Assembly (NCBI GenBank): GCA_024275665.1
Contig: JAJRYS010000019.1
Coordinates: 1 to 41,521, forward strand
Direction: 5' to 3'
From: an archaeon
GTDB lineage: Archaea > B1Sed10-29 > JAJRYS01
Length of the DNA stretch: 41,521 nt
In this document: piece by piece, positions 15,486-24,895 of the stretch
How the letters are laid out: each line of letters starts with the position of its first letter
Position numbering within the stretch: the stretch's first letter is position 1
Notes under the pieces: model-generated
What the model was told of the DNA's origin: nothing
Database searches by the model: none
The model's input: the letters and a program-made list of their open reading frames with translations, nothing else
Program-made: the position numbers and the translations under genes

Positions 15486-17567
15486 ATGAATGTGACAGAG
15501 GAAACGCGCAACGTGCAGAAATTCGAAGAATTCTTCGCAGAGAATTACAAAGCAGAATTAAACAAGCTGGCAGAAGTCTTTCCAGAAAAAAGAAGCATTC
15601 AAGTAGACTATGCATTGCTTGAAAAATACGACGCTGAACTCGCTGACGAACTCATTACTAATCCTTATGAAGTCATTCAAAGCGCTGAACAAGCAGTAAA
15701 AAACATGCAGTTAGTAACATCAAAAGGAGAGCCCATAGCCCCCCATGTACGGTTTTACAACACTCCAACAGAACAACAAGTACTCGTGAGAGATTTGAAC
15801 TCAGAATACTTGGGAAAATTCATAAACATAGAAGGAGTTGTTACCAAGATAACAGAGGTAAAACCAAAGATAAAAACAGCAGTATTCCAATGCAATTACT
15901 GCGGGGCTATTTACAAAATACCTCAAGATGATTTTTCAGGAGCATTGAAAGAACCAGGCGTGTGCAGATGCGAGCGCAAGAGTTACTCTCTCCTAGCAGA
16001 ACAGTCAGAAATGATAGATTATCAGAGAATGGAAATACAAGAACCATTGGAAAAAGTAAGAGGAGCAGAACAAACAAGAAAAGCAGTAGTACTACTTGAA
16101 GATGACTTGACTAATTTCATACTGCCAGGTGACAAAGTACAAGTATTCGGAGTTTATAGATTAGTACCTCCCAAACATAAGAAGTCAATATACGATGCTT
16201 TGATAGATACTAATAACGTAATAAAGCTTGAAAGAGAATTCGAAGAACTCGAATTAACAGAAGAAGACTTGAAACAAATACAAGAACTAGCAAAAGACGA
16301 GAAATTATACGACAAAATAGTAGCAAGCATTGCTCCTTCCATTTACGGGCATAAGGAAATAAAAGAAGCAATAGCACTCCAACTGCTTGGAGGAACCCCT
16401 GGCAAGGTAAAACCTGATGGAATGCGCATAAGACCAGACATGCACCTACTGCTCATTGGGGATCCTGGTACTGGTAAATCACAATTACTCCAATACGTGA
16501 GCCTCCTGGCTCCAAAAGGAATCTATGTTTCTGGAAAATCTTCAAGCGCTGCAGGCCTTACTGCAAGCGCTGAACGCGACGAGTTGTCAGAAGGAGGATG
16601 GACTCTGAAAGCAGGAGCACTCGTACTAGCAGCTGGCGGAATGGCAATGATAGACGAGTTTGACAAGATGGACGACCAAGACAGGGCTTCAATGCACGAC
16701 GCAATGGAGTCGCAGGAAATCCATGTGGCAAAAGCAGGAATAGTAGCTACTTTCAAAGCAAACGCTTCAATACTCGCAGCAGCCAATCCTAAGTTCGGGA
16801 GATTCGACCCTCATGAACTGCCTGCAAACCAGTTCAACATTCCCCCAACACTATTAAGCAGGTTTGACTTGATATTCCCAATGATGGACGAAATCAATGA
16901 GAAGAGGGACGCTGAACTAGCAGAACACATTCTAACTTCTCACTTCGTATCAGGACTGAGAACAGGAACAAGCATCTACGATGATGAAACCATTAAGAAA
17001 GCAGAAGAAAAAGTATCACCAGTAATATCACCAGAACTACTAAGAAAGTATATTGCTTATGCTCGCAAAAACTACAAGCCTGTCTTGTCACAAGAAGCAA
17101 TGGACAAAATCAAAAACTTCTACCTTGAACTAAGGAAGATAGGAGAACAAGAAGGAAGCATTCCAATCACTGCCAGGTACTTGGAAGGAATAGTAAGACT
17201 CGCAGAAGCAAGTGCTAAAGGAAGACTAAGCAACGTCGTGGAAGAACAAGATGCTGAAAGAGCAATAAGACTATTAAAAACATCATTAAAGTCAATAGGA
17301 GTAGACCCTGAAACAGGAAGGCTTGACATTGACATAATAGCAACAGGAACTTCAAAGTCAAGAATAGATAGAGTGAAAACAGTGTACAGGATAATAAAAA
17401 GGCTTTCAGCAGAATACGGAGAAGCTACTCATGAAGCAATAGTAGAAGAAGCAAAAAACCAAGGAGTGAAAGAAGAAGACATTGAAAGCATTCTAAGCCA
17501 GTTGAAGAGAAACGGAGACGTGTACTCTCCTAAGTACGGAGTGTACAAGCCAACAGAAGAAAGGTGA
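15486..17567 (+). CDS. mcm: MCM replicative helicase
   Basis: Zinc finger CNYCG...CRCERK, Walker A GDPGTGKSQLL, Walker B IDEFDKM, arginine finger SRFDLIF and a C-terminal winged helix. No intein insertion. Confidence 0.95.
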   Translation: MNVTEETRNVQKFEEFFAENYKAELNKLAEVFPEKRSIQVDYALLEKYDAELADELITNPYEVIQSAEQAVKNMQLVTSKGEPIAPHVRFYNTPTEQQVLVRDLNSEYLGKFINIEGVVTKITEVKPKIKTAVFQCNYCGAIYKIPQDDFSGALKEPGVCRCERKSYSLLAEQSEMIDYQRMEIQEPLEKVRGAEQTRKAVVLLEDDLTNFILPGDKVQVFGVYRLVPPKHKKSIYDALIDTNNVIKLEREFEELELTEEDLKQIQELAKDEKLYDKIVASIAPSIYGHKEIKEAIALQLLGGTPGKVKPDGMRIRPDMHLLLIGDPGTGKSQLLQYVSLLAPKGIYVSGKSSSAAGLTASAERDELSEGGWTLKAGALVLAAGGMAMIDEFDKMDDQDRASMHDAMESQEIHVAKAGIVATFKANASILAAANPKFGRFDPHELPANQFNIPPTLLSRFDLIFPMMDEINEKRDAELAEHILTSHFVSGLRTGTSIYDDETIKKAEEKVSPVISPELLRKYIAYARKNYKPVLSQEAMDKIKNFYLELRKIGEQEGSIPITARYLEGIVRLAEASAKGRLSNVVEEQDAERAIRLLKTSLKSIGVDPETGRLDIDIIATGTSKSRIDRVKTVYRIIKRLSAEYGEATHEAIVEEAKNQGVKEEDIESILSQLKRNGDVYSPKYGVYKPTEER

Positions 17568-17573
17568 AGTGAA

Positions 17574-18389
17574 TTGTTTTATTCTTTTTCAAAAAAACAA
17601 GCATTATTAATACTATCAAGCATTTTCATAACCACTCAGGCAATAGGCTTGTTCGTAGCAAACCAATACATCCAGTTCATAAAAGCAGGAGAACTAAGCC
17701 CAGTATTCGGGAATCCCGGGAGCATGGCAAACGCTTTCATACTTTTTGCTTACATGATGATAATGACAGCAGTAATAATCCTAATAATAAGATATAGGAA
17801 AAAACTGCTAACAGTATTTGAAGCCATTGCTATTTTCTTCGCTTCTGCCATTACTTTTGACTTTTTATTCCCTTATTTCATAGGGTTGGGAGAACTATTA
17901 GCATTCGTACTAGTAGTTTTGAAAATAACAAAACCAAACAGGATAACTCAGAACACTGCGATGGTGTTCTCAATAGCAGGAGCAGGAGCAGTCATAGGAG
18001 TTTCTTTCACAGTACTGCCATTAATCCTCTTCATACTGCTGCTTGCTTGTTACGACTTCGTGTCAGTGTTCATAACAAAACATATGGTTTACATGGCTAA
18101 GAACATTGCTGACAAGCCAACAGCATTCACAGCAGCAGTTCCATGCAAAGAAATAAACCACACTTTTCAACTTGGAGGAGGAGACGTAGCAATACCCCTA
18201 ATGTTTGCTTCAAGCGTTTTAGCAAACCACGGCCTAATACCGGCAATAGCATCAGTAATAGGAGCATTAACCGCGTTAGTATTATTGTTCAAGTTCATTG
18301 AGAAAAACCCTGGTAAGCCATTACCAGCACTTCCAGCAGTAGGGGCAGGAGCACTCTTGTTCTTCATGATAACAATGATATTACTGTGA
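17574..18389 (+). CDS. presenilin / signal-peptide-peptidase-like intramembrane aspartyl protease (A22 family)
   Basis: YD motif (ACYDFVSVF), GxGD motif (LGGGDVAIPLMF) and PAL motif (PALPAV) in a polytopic membrane protein. Confidence 0.8.
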   Translation: MFYSFSKKQALLILSSIFITTQAIGLFVANQYIQFIKAGELSPVFGNPGSMANAFILFAYMMIMTAVIILIIRYRKKLLTVFEAIAIFFASAITFDFLFPYFIGLGELLAFVLVVLKITKPNRITQNTAMVFSIAGAGAVIGVSFTVLPLILFILLLACYDFVSVFITKHMVYMAKNIADKPTAFTAAVPCKEINHTFQLGGGDVAIPLMFASSVLANHGLIPAIASVIGALTALVLLFKFIEKNPGKPLPALPAVGAGALLFFMITMILL

Positions 18390-18474
18390 AAAAAACCAAA
18401 AAGAACTATTGCTATTTTATACTAATACATTTACTAAAAGAAAGGAGCAAACATATAACAAAGGAGGTCTTGCT

Positions 18475-18900
18475 TTGGCAAGAGCAGTTGCTTACAAAGT
18501 AACAATAAACGACATACTCTCAGGAAAATATTACCCAAGCCTTGGGGAAAAACAACCAAACTACGTTGACGTGAAAGGCTTGAAAGTTACAAGAGCAAAC
18601 ATAATAGCGCGAGTTGCTGACGTTTACGAAAACCCTGAGAAAAAATACGCTGCAGTAACGCTTGAAGAAGGAGAAGCAAGAATAAGAGCAAAGTTTTATG
18701 AAACACAAGGACTAAGATTGCAGCAAGGGGACCTTGTGAAAGTCATTGGAAAAGTAAAAGAAGACGGGCAAGAAAGATTTATATTAGGAGAGATTATTAA
18801 AAAAGTGAAACCAGAACACGCAGAACTGAGAAAATTAATGTTTGAAAAAACTAAGAAAGAAAACAACAGCATAGTAGAAGACGTTGGAGGCATTGCATGA
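18475..18900 (+). CDS. OB-fold nucleic-acid-binding protein (RPA/SSB-like small subunit)
   Basis: The pattern VTRANIIARVADVYE...AAVTLEEGEARIRAKFY...GDLVKVIGKVKEDGQERFILGE is typical of an anticodon-type OB fold. I prefer TTG 18475, preceded by AAAGGAGGT, to the ORF-track start at 18409. Confidence 0.5.
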   Translation: MARAVAYKVTINDILSGKYYPSLGEKQPNYVDVKGLKVTRANIIARVADVYENPEKKYAAVTLEEGEARIRAKFYETQGLRLQQGDLVKVIGKVKEDGQERFILGEIIKKVKPEHAELRKLMFEKTKKENNSIVEDVGGIA

Positions 18901-19301
18901 AATACGAGAAAATGCTTGAAAACATTTACAAAATAATCCCTGAAAAAGTAAAGATGAAAGAAAGATTTGAAATGCCGGAGTTCTCTTCATTCATCAGCGG
19001 TAAGCAGACGATAATAAACAACCTTGCTGACGTTGCGAAACAACTCAGAAGAGAACCAGAACACTTAATGAAATTCCTCATGAAAGAACTCGCAGTACCA
19101 GGAACTGTGAAAGGAAAGAAAGGAATACTACAAGGAAAGTTCAAACCAGAAGTGCTTAACTCACGCTTAGGAGAATACGTGAAAGAATTCGTGTTATGCC
19201 ACGAATGTGGGAAACATGACACAGAGTTAATAACATTCGAAGGAGCCAGGTACAAGCGCTGTGAAGTATGCGGGGCAAGGTCTCCTGTAAGAAGCCTGTG
19301 A
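18897..19301 (+). CDS. eif2b: translation initiation factor aIF2 beta subunit
   Basis: C-terminal zinc ribbon CHECGKHDT...CEVCGA and the conserved central region (TIINNLADVAKQLRREPEHLMKFLMKELAVPG). Confidence 0.9.
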   Translation: MKYEKMLENIYKIIPEKVKMKERFEMPEFSSFISGKQTIINNLADVAKQLRREPEHLMKFLMKELAVPGTVKGKKGILQGKFKPEVLNSRLGEYVKEFVLCHECGKHDTELITFEGARYKRCEVCGARSPVRSL

Positions 19302-19582
19302 TGAAAATGCACTGGGTGAAAGAACACGGAAGAGTACTAGCAGCATGCGACGAAGAAATCATAGGCAAGACGTTCAAAGAAGAAGAATTAACACTCACAA
19401 TAAATGAAGCTTTTTACAAAGGGAGATTAGTAACCAGCGAGGAACTCGTAGAATTATTATCCATACACAGCAACATAAACCTTGCAGGAAAACAGACTAT
19501 TAAAACAGCTGAACAAAAAAGGATGATAAAAAAAGTCATAAAGGTGGAAGGAGTGCCATACGCTGTAGTGTTCAAGATATAA
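19301..19582 (+). CDS. DUF424-family protein
   Basis: The MKMHWVKEHGRVLAACDEEIIGK... pattern and its position directly after aIF2-beta are typical of archaeal DUF424. ATGA overlap with the upstream stop. The ORF-track start at 19268 is probably too long. Confidence 0.6.
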   Translation: MKMHWVKEHGRVLAACDEEIIGKTFKEEELTLTINEAFYKGRLVTSEELVELLSIHSNINLAGKQTIKTAEQKRMIKKVIKVEGVPYAVVFKI

Positions 19583-19585
19583 AAG

Positions 19586-19915
19586 GTGATGGAATTGTAT
19601 CATAGGAACAACAAGAAGAACAAGAAACAAGAAGGAGAACAAGAATTCAGAGTACGCTTGCCAAGAGGCAATCAAGTATTCGGAAGAATAGAAGCAATGC
19701 ACGGCGGAAAGAGGATGACCGTGAAATGCTCTGATGACAAGCTGAGAATGTGCAGGATCCCTGGACGAGTGAAAAGAGTATACGTAAGACCAGAAGACTA
19801 CGTCATAGTAGAGCCATGGCCATTAGAAGGAGACAAGAAAGGAGACATCATCTGGAAGTACAGGAAAAACGAAGTGGAATGGCTTAAAAGAAAGGGTTAC
19901 TTACAAAACCTCTGA
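19586..19915 (+). CDS. eif1a: translation initiation factor aIF1A
   Basis: S1-like OB fold: RVRLPRGNQVFGRIEAMHGGKRMTVKCSDDKLRMCRIPGRVKRVYVRPEDYVIVEPW. Confidence 0.9.
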   Translation: MMELYHRNNKKNKKQEGEQEFRVRLPRGNQVFGRIEAMHGGKRMTVKCSDDKLRMCRIPGRVKRVYVRPEDYVIVEPWPLEGDKKGDIIWKYRKNEVEWLKRKGYLQNL

Positions 19916-19989
19916 TTCTTTCAAAAACATTTAACCAAAGCCAAAGCAAAAAGCGTAAAAACCCCTAACTTCCTAATTTAACACGGTGA

Positions 19990-20409
19990 TTGATGATGAC
20001 TCCTGATCCTAAGAGGAAAAAACACACGCTTCCAAAAGGATGGGTGAAAAGGCTGGAAGCAACTAATGAAACAATGCTACGTAATCTTCCGTTTGGAATA
20101 AAACCAGCTGAAAGCCCTTACCAGAGCATGAAAAAAGGACTAGCCTTGAAGAGATTGAAAAAAAATCCCTACTATAGCAAGATAATGGAATCAAAAACAA
20201 TACAGGACCTTGCAATAAACATTGGCATAAAGTTATTTGAAGACGTTCCTAAAAACGTTTTAAACTCAAAGAAAGATATTGCAAAAATTCCTCTGAAGGA
20301 AAGAATGATGATTTACAACAAAGTGGCTGATAATATGAAAAATACTCAGGAGAAAACAGCACTAGCACTTGCCTTAAGACTTCAGGAAGCGTTCAAGAAG
20401 AAAGCATGA
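19990..20409 (+). CDS. hypothetical basic protein
   Basis: ORF only, with no recognisable motif. ATG at 19993 is an alternative start. Confidence 0.5.
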   Translation: MMMTPDPKRKKHTLPKGWVKRLEATNETMLRNLPFGIKPAESPYQSMKKGLALKRLKKNPYYSKIMESKTIQDLAINIGIKLFEDVPKNVLNSKKDIAKIPLKERMMIYNKVADNMKNTQEKTALALALRLQEAFKKKA

Positions 20410-20443
20410 AGAATATAAACTTCAAAAACCCTAATTTTTAACC

Positions 20444-21121
20444 ATGGGAGAAAAAGAAGAGCTGATTAAAAAAATTCAAGAAGCTGCTGAAGAAAAAGGA
20501 TTCACAGTAAGAGCAGGGCCTCTTAGAAGTAAAAGCACGCAAGAATTAAGACAAGAACTTGAAAGGATAAAACAACTCCCAAGAATGCAAGGGACAATCG
20601 CAGTAGGAGAGAAAGTAAAATCAGTACCAGAAGCGCCTGTAAGAATTGAAAAAAAGCATGAGACTGAAGAAAGAAAAACAAAAATTGAACCTACTAATCC
20701 TTTCAACATCCCAACAGGAGACAGGAGAAAAGTTAGGAAATGGTTTGAAGAACATTTAGACTTGCTTACTTCTGAAAGATTCAGGAAATGGGCTTACAGC
20801 CCTGGTGGAAAAAAATTCCTTCATAAATGGGGAAGCACTTCCTGGGAATTATTGGAAGTATTAAGAGAAGCAAGGAAGAAAAAAGAAGAAATTGAGAATA
20901 TTGTTAAGTGGATGGAAGAAAAAGCAGGGAAGCCAAGAAGATTGGGAGTGAAAAAAGCAAGAACAATGGAAGAATTAGAAGAGCAAGTGAGAGAATTGGA
21001 AGAGAGAAAAAAACAATTGCTTGAAAAAGAAGCGCAACTCACTGGTTTTCTTGAACTGCGTAAAAGGACTCTTATGAGAATGGAAGAAGCCAAGAGAAAA
21101 CTGAGGAAGAAAAGAATTTGA
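20444..21121 (+). CDS. hypothetical K/E/R-rich protein
   Basis: ORF with an ATATAAA box 31 nt upstream (leaderless geometry) and coiled-coil-like composition. Confidence 0.5.
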   Translation: MGEKEELIKKIQEAAEEKGFTVRAGPLRSKSTQELRQELERIKQLPRMQGTIAVGEKVKSVPEAPVRIEKKHETEERKTKIEPTNPFNIPTGDRRKVRKWFEEHLDLLTSERFRKWAYSPGGKKFLHKWGSTSWELLEVLREARKKKEEIENIVKWMEEKAGKPRRLGVKKARTMEELEEQVRELEERKKQLLEKEAQLTGFLELRKRTLMRMEEAKRKLRKKRI

Positions 21122-21156
21122 AAGTTTTTTAAACACTAACTGTTTCTGAAAACATT

Positions 21157-21321
21157 ATGATTTACAACACAGTGTTCGAAGTCAGGTTGAAAAAACCATT
21201 GCTTGAAAGCATTGAGTCATTCTTCTCAGAACAAGAAGACGAAGTACTACGCTACGCGATAGTAGGAATGAGAAAAGGGAAAGCAGTGGTAGAAGCTACT
21301 ATGATTAAAGAGAAGGGATAG
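21157..21321 (+). CDS. small hypothetical protein, 54 aa (MIYNTVFEVRLKKPLLESIESFFSEQEDEVLRYAIVGMRKGKAVVEATMIKEKG)
   Basis: Below the ORF-track cutoff. It fills the gap exactly, and its stop TAG at 21319-21321 lies 2 nt before ATG 21324 of the next gene. Confidence 0.4.
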   Translation: MIYNTVFEVRLKKPLLESIESFFSEQEDEVLRYAIVGMRKGKAVVEATMIKEKG

Positions 21322-21323
21322 TC

Positions 21324-22352
21324 ATGTTCGTAACAGTGCAGATAATACCAACAGGAGTCAAAGCAAGCATTGGAGGATATGTAGGAGACGCTGTTCCAGC
21401 TACTAACATCCTTGCAGGAGTCTCAGACCTTGTGATAACCCACCCTAACGTCGTGAACGGAGTACTGTTGAACGAGGCAAGGGCAAACGTTGCTTACGTG
21501 GAAGGATTCCTCCTGGACGAGTTTCTAAAAGGAAACACTTGCCTGAGGTTTACAAGAAGCAATAAGATAGGAGTAGTTCTTGACAGTGCTGCTGACGAGA
21601 CGAGCATGGAGCTTGCTTTGAACACTATTGAAACAATTAGAAGCAATGCAGGCGCTGACATCATAGATTATACTATTACTGAAAAACCAGTAGGAGCAAA
21701 AGCAGTGAAGACGAAGTCAGGGGCTTTCGTAGGAGAAATAAAAGACGAGAACGTTTTCTTAAAAGCAGCTGAGAAGCTTGTGAGGAAAGGAGCAGAAGCA
21801 ATAGCAGTAGCCACTGTGATAAGCATTAAGAAGAAAGACTTAGAGGATTATTTGAAAGGAAAAGCACCCAACCCTTACGGAGGCACAGAAGCATTAATCT
21901 CAAGAACTATTTCAAAAACACTAGGAGTGCCAGCAGCTCATGCTCCAATGCTAAGAGAAAGAGAAATAACAAGCGCGCTGCACAGGGGGCACGTAGACCC
22001 TCGTGCCTCTGCTGAAAGCGTTTCATCAGCTTTCCTCGGTTCTGTTATCAAAGGATTGATGAAAGCACCTCAACCAAGCGTTAATGGCTTGAGCATTGCT
22101 GACGTGAACGCCATAGTAGTTCCTTATTCTTGTTGTGGTGGAGTACCAGCACTAGCAGCAGATTATTACGGAATACCATTAATAGCAGTCAAAGAGAACA
22201 CTACAGTACTTGACGTGATTCCTGAAAAACTCGGAGTCAAAGCAATAATAGTGGATAATTACTTCGAAGCAGCAGGAGTGCTAGAAGCCTTAAAACAAGG
22301 AATAAGCCTCGATACTGTGAGAAGGCCTTTGAAAAAAACAAGAAAGTTATGA
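21324..22352 (+). CDS. conserved uncharacterised protein (from memory it resembles the DUF3326 family; unverified)
   Basis: N-terminal IPTGVKASIGGYVGDA motif, globular alpha/beta-like composition and a CCGG motif near the C-terminus. No assignable catalytic signature. Confidence 0.6.
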   Translation: MFVTVQIIPTGVKASIGGYVGDAVPATNILAGVSDLVITHPNVVNGVLLNEARANVAYVEGFLLDEFLKGNTCLRFTRSNKIGVVLDSAADETSMELALNTIETIRSNAGADIIDYTITEKPVGAKAVKTKSGAFVGEIKDENVFLKAAEKLVRKGAEAIAVATVISIKKKDLEDYLKGKAPNPYGGTEALISRTISKTLGVPAAHAPMLREREITSALHRGHVDPRASAESVSSAFLGSVIKGLMKAPQPSVNGLSIADVNAIVVPYSCCGGVPALAADYYGIPLIAVKENTTVLDVIPEKLGVKAIIVDNYFEAAGVLEALKQGISLDTVRRPLKKTRKL

Positions 22353-22403
22353 GTTCTGATTAGTTCTGCAACTCTTTTAATCACAGAAGACAATAAACAA
22401 AGC

Positions 22404-23021
22404 ATGCTTGTTCCAGTAAGCACTTTTCAAATCCTTGACTACTGCGAATACCAATTGTTCTTAAAATATTATGAGAAAGTAAAGCCTGTCATCACTAGGA
22501 AAATGCTTGCAGGCATTCAAAAGCACAAACGATTAGAAGAAGAGTTCTTGGAAGAAGCAGAAGAAATAGAAGAAACAATAGAAGAACACTTGGAAAAACT
22601 GCTGAGAGGAGAAGTAAGTCCTTTCAACGTAAGAGAACTCCCAGTGAAAAGTGAAAAACACGGGCTAATAGGTCGCATTGACGAAGCATTGTTCTATGAA
22701 GACCATGCAGTGATAATAGATGACAAGCCAAACCCGAGGATAACTCAAGGAACCATAGACCAGCTGAGAGCATACGCAGCAGTATTCGAAGACCATTTCA
22801 ACTGGGAGAACCTGATAGTATTGAAAGCAAGAAGCCATTCAAACAACGAAGTATTCTACGAAGAAGAATTCAACGAAAAAGCAAGAACACAGATCATTGA
22901 AAAGATAGAATACTTACATTGGCTCATGCAAGACCCTACACGAGCAAAGCCTACAAGTGAGAAAGAGAAATGCCTTCATTGTTCTTACGGGCCTTACTGC
23001 GACAAGTTCATGGAAGAATAA
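22404..23021 (+). CDS. Cas4/RecB-like PD-(D/E)xK nuclease with a 4-Cys cluster
   Basis: N-terminal Cys (LDYCEYQ), GRIDE...IIDDKP (D...D/ExK), QLRAYA (QxxxY) and C-terminal CLHCSYGPYC (Cx2Cx5C). Confidence 0.7.
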   Translation: MLVPVSTFQILDYCEYQLFLKYYEKVKPVITRKMLAGIQKHKRLEEEFLEEAEEIEETIEEHLEKLLRGEVSPFNVRELPVKSEKHGLIGRIDEALFYEDHAVIIDDKPNPRITQGTIDQLRAYAAVFEDHFNWENLIVLKARSHSNNEVFYEEEFNEKARTQIIEKIEYLHWLMQDPTRAKPTSEKEKCLHCSYGPYCDKFMEE

Positions 23022-23055
23022 GTATTATAATTCTGTGAGAAGTAAAAGACTCTTC

Positions 23056-23763
23056 ATGAAAGAAGAAAAGGAAATATTCGAACGCGTGTTTGATGATTAT
23101 ACTATGAAGACTCTTGTAGTGCTTAGGAGGAAGAAAAAATTTGATTCTCTTGAGTTCCCAATATCCACTGGGAAAGAAGCAGACGTGTACAGAGCCTCTG
23201 CCAGTTTTGATGAAAAAGAAAGTTATGTCGCTGTGAAAATTTACAGGATTGAGACAAGTAACTTCAAAGCAATGCAGGATTACTTAATAGGAGACCCTCG
23301 TTTTGAACACGTGAAAAAAACAAAGAGAGGGGTTATAAGTGCTTGGTGTCAGAAAGAATACCGCAACCTTTCAGACGCGTTAAAAGCAGGAGTAAGAGCA
23401 CCAAAACCAATAGCAAGCATGAATAATGTCTTGATAATGGAGTTCATAGGAGAAGAAGGAAATCCTGCTCCAATGCTTAAAAACGTTGAAGTAGAAGACG
23501 CTGAAAAATTAATAAAAACTCTCACGGGTTATGTTAAAAAACTCTGGAAGAGTGGATTAGTACACGGTGACTTAAGCGAGTTCAACGTGCTGATGAAAAG
23601 AGGAAATCCTTTTTTAATAGACTGGGCTCAGGCAATGAGCACCAAACACCCAATCGCGTTAGAACTACTGCAAAGAGACTTGAAAAACATTAAAAGGATT
23701 GCTAGGAAAAGAGGAGTTGATTTTGACTATGAAGAAGTGCTCAGCAGCATTGTTCGACGTTGA
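23056..23763 (+). CDS. rio1: RIO-type serine/threonine protein kinase (Rio1-like)
   Basis: STGKEADVYRA (P-loop-like), VAVKIYR, catalytic VHGDLSEFNVL and IDWAQA. I prefer ATG 23056 because the ORF-track extension to 22957 overlaps the upstream gene with junk sequence. Confidence 0.85.
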   Translation: MKEEKEIFERVFDDYTMKTLVVLRRKKKFDSLEFPISTGKEADVYRASASFDEKESYVAVKIYRIETSNFKAMQDYLIGDPRFEHVKKTKRGVISAWCQKEYRNLSDALKAGVRAPKPIASMNNVLIMEFIGEEGNPAPMLKNVEVEDAEKLIKTLTGYVKKLWKSGLVHGDLSEFNVLMKRGNPFLIDWAQAMSTKHPIALELLQRDLKNIKRIARKRGVDFDYEEVLSSIVRR

Positions 23764-24376
23764 CGGTACTCTAATATCACTAGACGCTGTAGTTAAAGCC
23801 ATTCAGGAGACCTGCGAGCAATTAGACCTGCGAGTGCTTTCAAAAGAAGAAATATACGAAGGAATAATAGGCATTCCTTTAAAGAAAGCCATTAAGAAAT
23901 TCTTCCCATTCACTGAAGAACAAGCAGAAGAATTCGACAATTTGTATCATGAAAATTATATCACGAGACACGTGTCAAAATTACTTCCAACAGTTAAAGA
24001 AACACTGCAAGTGCTGAAAGACAAAAAAATAAAAATAGGAATAATAACTACTAAGAGCAAGCGTACTGGATTACAATCCATAAAAGATAATAACATTCCT
24101 CATGACGTGATAGTCACGCAAGAAGATGTAAAGAAAGTCAAACCGTCACCAGAGCCAATACTAAAAGCACTCAAAGAATTAGGCGTAAAACCAGAGCAAG
24201 CAGTAATGGTAGGAGACCACGTGTTTGACGTGCAGTCAGCTAAGAATGCTGGATGCGCAGCAGTAGGAGTAACTACAGGAGCGCGGTCTGAGAAAGAACT
24301 GCGTGAAGCAGGAGCTGATTTCGTAATAAGTGAGTTGAAAGAATTACTGGAGTTGTTTGAATGGACACCGTTGTAG
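23729..24376 (+). CDS. HAD-superfamily phosphatase (phosphoglycolate phosphatase-like)
   Basis: Motif I FDVDGTL, motif II ITTKS and motifs III/IV K...GDHVFD. Its start overlaps the rio1 3' end. Confidence 0.8.
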   Translation: MKKCSAALFDVDGTLISLDAVVKAIQETCEQLDLRVLSKEEIYEGIIGIPLKKAIKKFFPFTEEQAEEFDNLYHENYITRHVSKLLPTVKETLQVLKDKKIKIGIITTKSKRTGLQSIKDNNIPHDVIVTQEDVKKVKPSPEPILKALKELGVKPEQAVMVGDHVFDVQSAKNAGCAAVGVTTGARSEKELREAGADFVISELKELLELFEWTPL

Positions 24377-24879
24377 AAGAAGTAAACGTTCCAAAGCAAA
24401 GAATAGCAGTGATAATAGGAAAAGAAGGAGAAGTTAAAAAGAAGATTGAAAAAGAATGCGGAGTAAAACTTAGAATAGATTCAAAGACAGGACTAGTTCT
24501 CATAGAAAGACCTGTAAGTGGAGAAGAAGCTCTTAAAGCAGTGAAGGCCAGAGATGTGATTAAAGCCATTGCACGCGGTTTTTCGCCACAAAAAGCTTTT
24601 AAACTCTTGACTCCTAATTATTACTTGGACATAATTGACTTGATGGAGTTCGTTTCTGACAAGTCACTTCAAAGAGTAAGAAGCAGAATCATAGGAAGGG
24701 AAGGCAAAGCCAAGAAGTTCATAATGGGAAAAACAAAGACTGACATCTCAGTTTATGGAAAAACAGTCGCGTTAATCGGTGACGCTGAAAGCATTAAAAC
24801 AGCTAAAAAAGCTATAATGAAGCTTATTACAGGAGCAAAACACTCCACGGTCTTCAACTTCCTTGTGAAAAACACTTGA
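24361..24879 (+). CDS. KH-domain RNA-binding protein (archaeal Dim2/Pno1-like)
   Basis: Two KH-like modules (RIAVIIGKEGEVKKKIEKECGVKLRID and IIGREGKAKKFIMGKT). The position next to rio1 matches the conserved archaeal neighbourhood. Confidence 0.75.
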   Translation: MDTVVEEVNVPKQRIAVIIGKEGEVKKKIEKECGVKLRIDSKTGLVLIERPVSGEEALKAVKARDVIKAIARGFSPQKAFKLLTPNYYLDIIDLMEFVSDKSLQRVRSRIIGREGKAKKFIMGKTKTDISVYGKTVALIGDAESIKTAKKAIMKLITGAKHSTVFNFLVKNT

Positions 24880-24895
24880 AAGGAGGAATTCAATT

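Noticed and set aside
15486-17567. Possible intein in MCM (also checked in top6, the aaRS genes and Hef)
   Set aside because: The conserved motifs are contiguous, protein lengths are normal, and there are no Cys/Ser...HN splice-junction blocks.
19985-20015. UGAUGAUGA...CUGA resembling C and D boxes
   Set aside because: The boxes are only about 6 nt apart, they sit on the start codon region of an ORF, and there is no guide region or terminal stem.
22957-23055. N-terminal extension of the RIO kinase ORF (and likewise 36234-36368 for the histone, 19268-19300 for DUF424, 18409-18474 for the OB-fold protein)
   Set aside because: The extensions overlap upstream genes or regulatory DNA and encode non-homologous junk. 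Better internal starts with SD or ATGA coupling exist.
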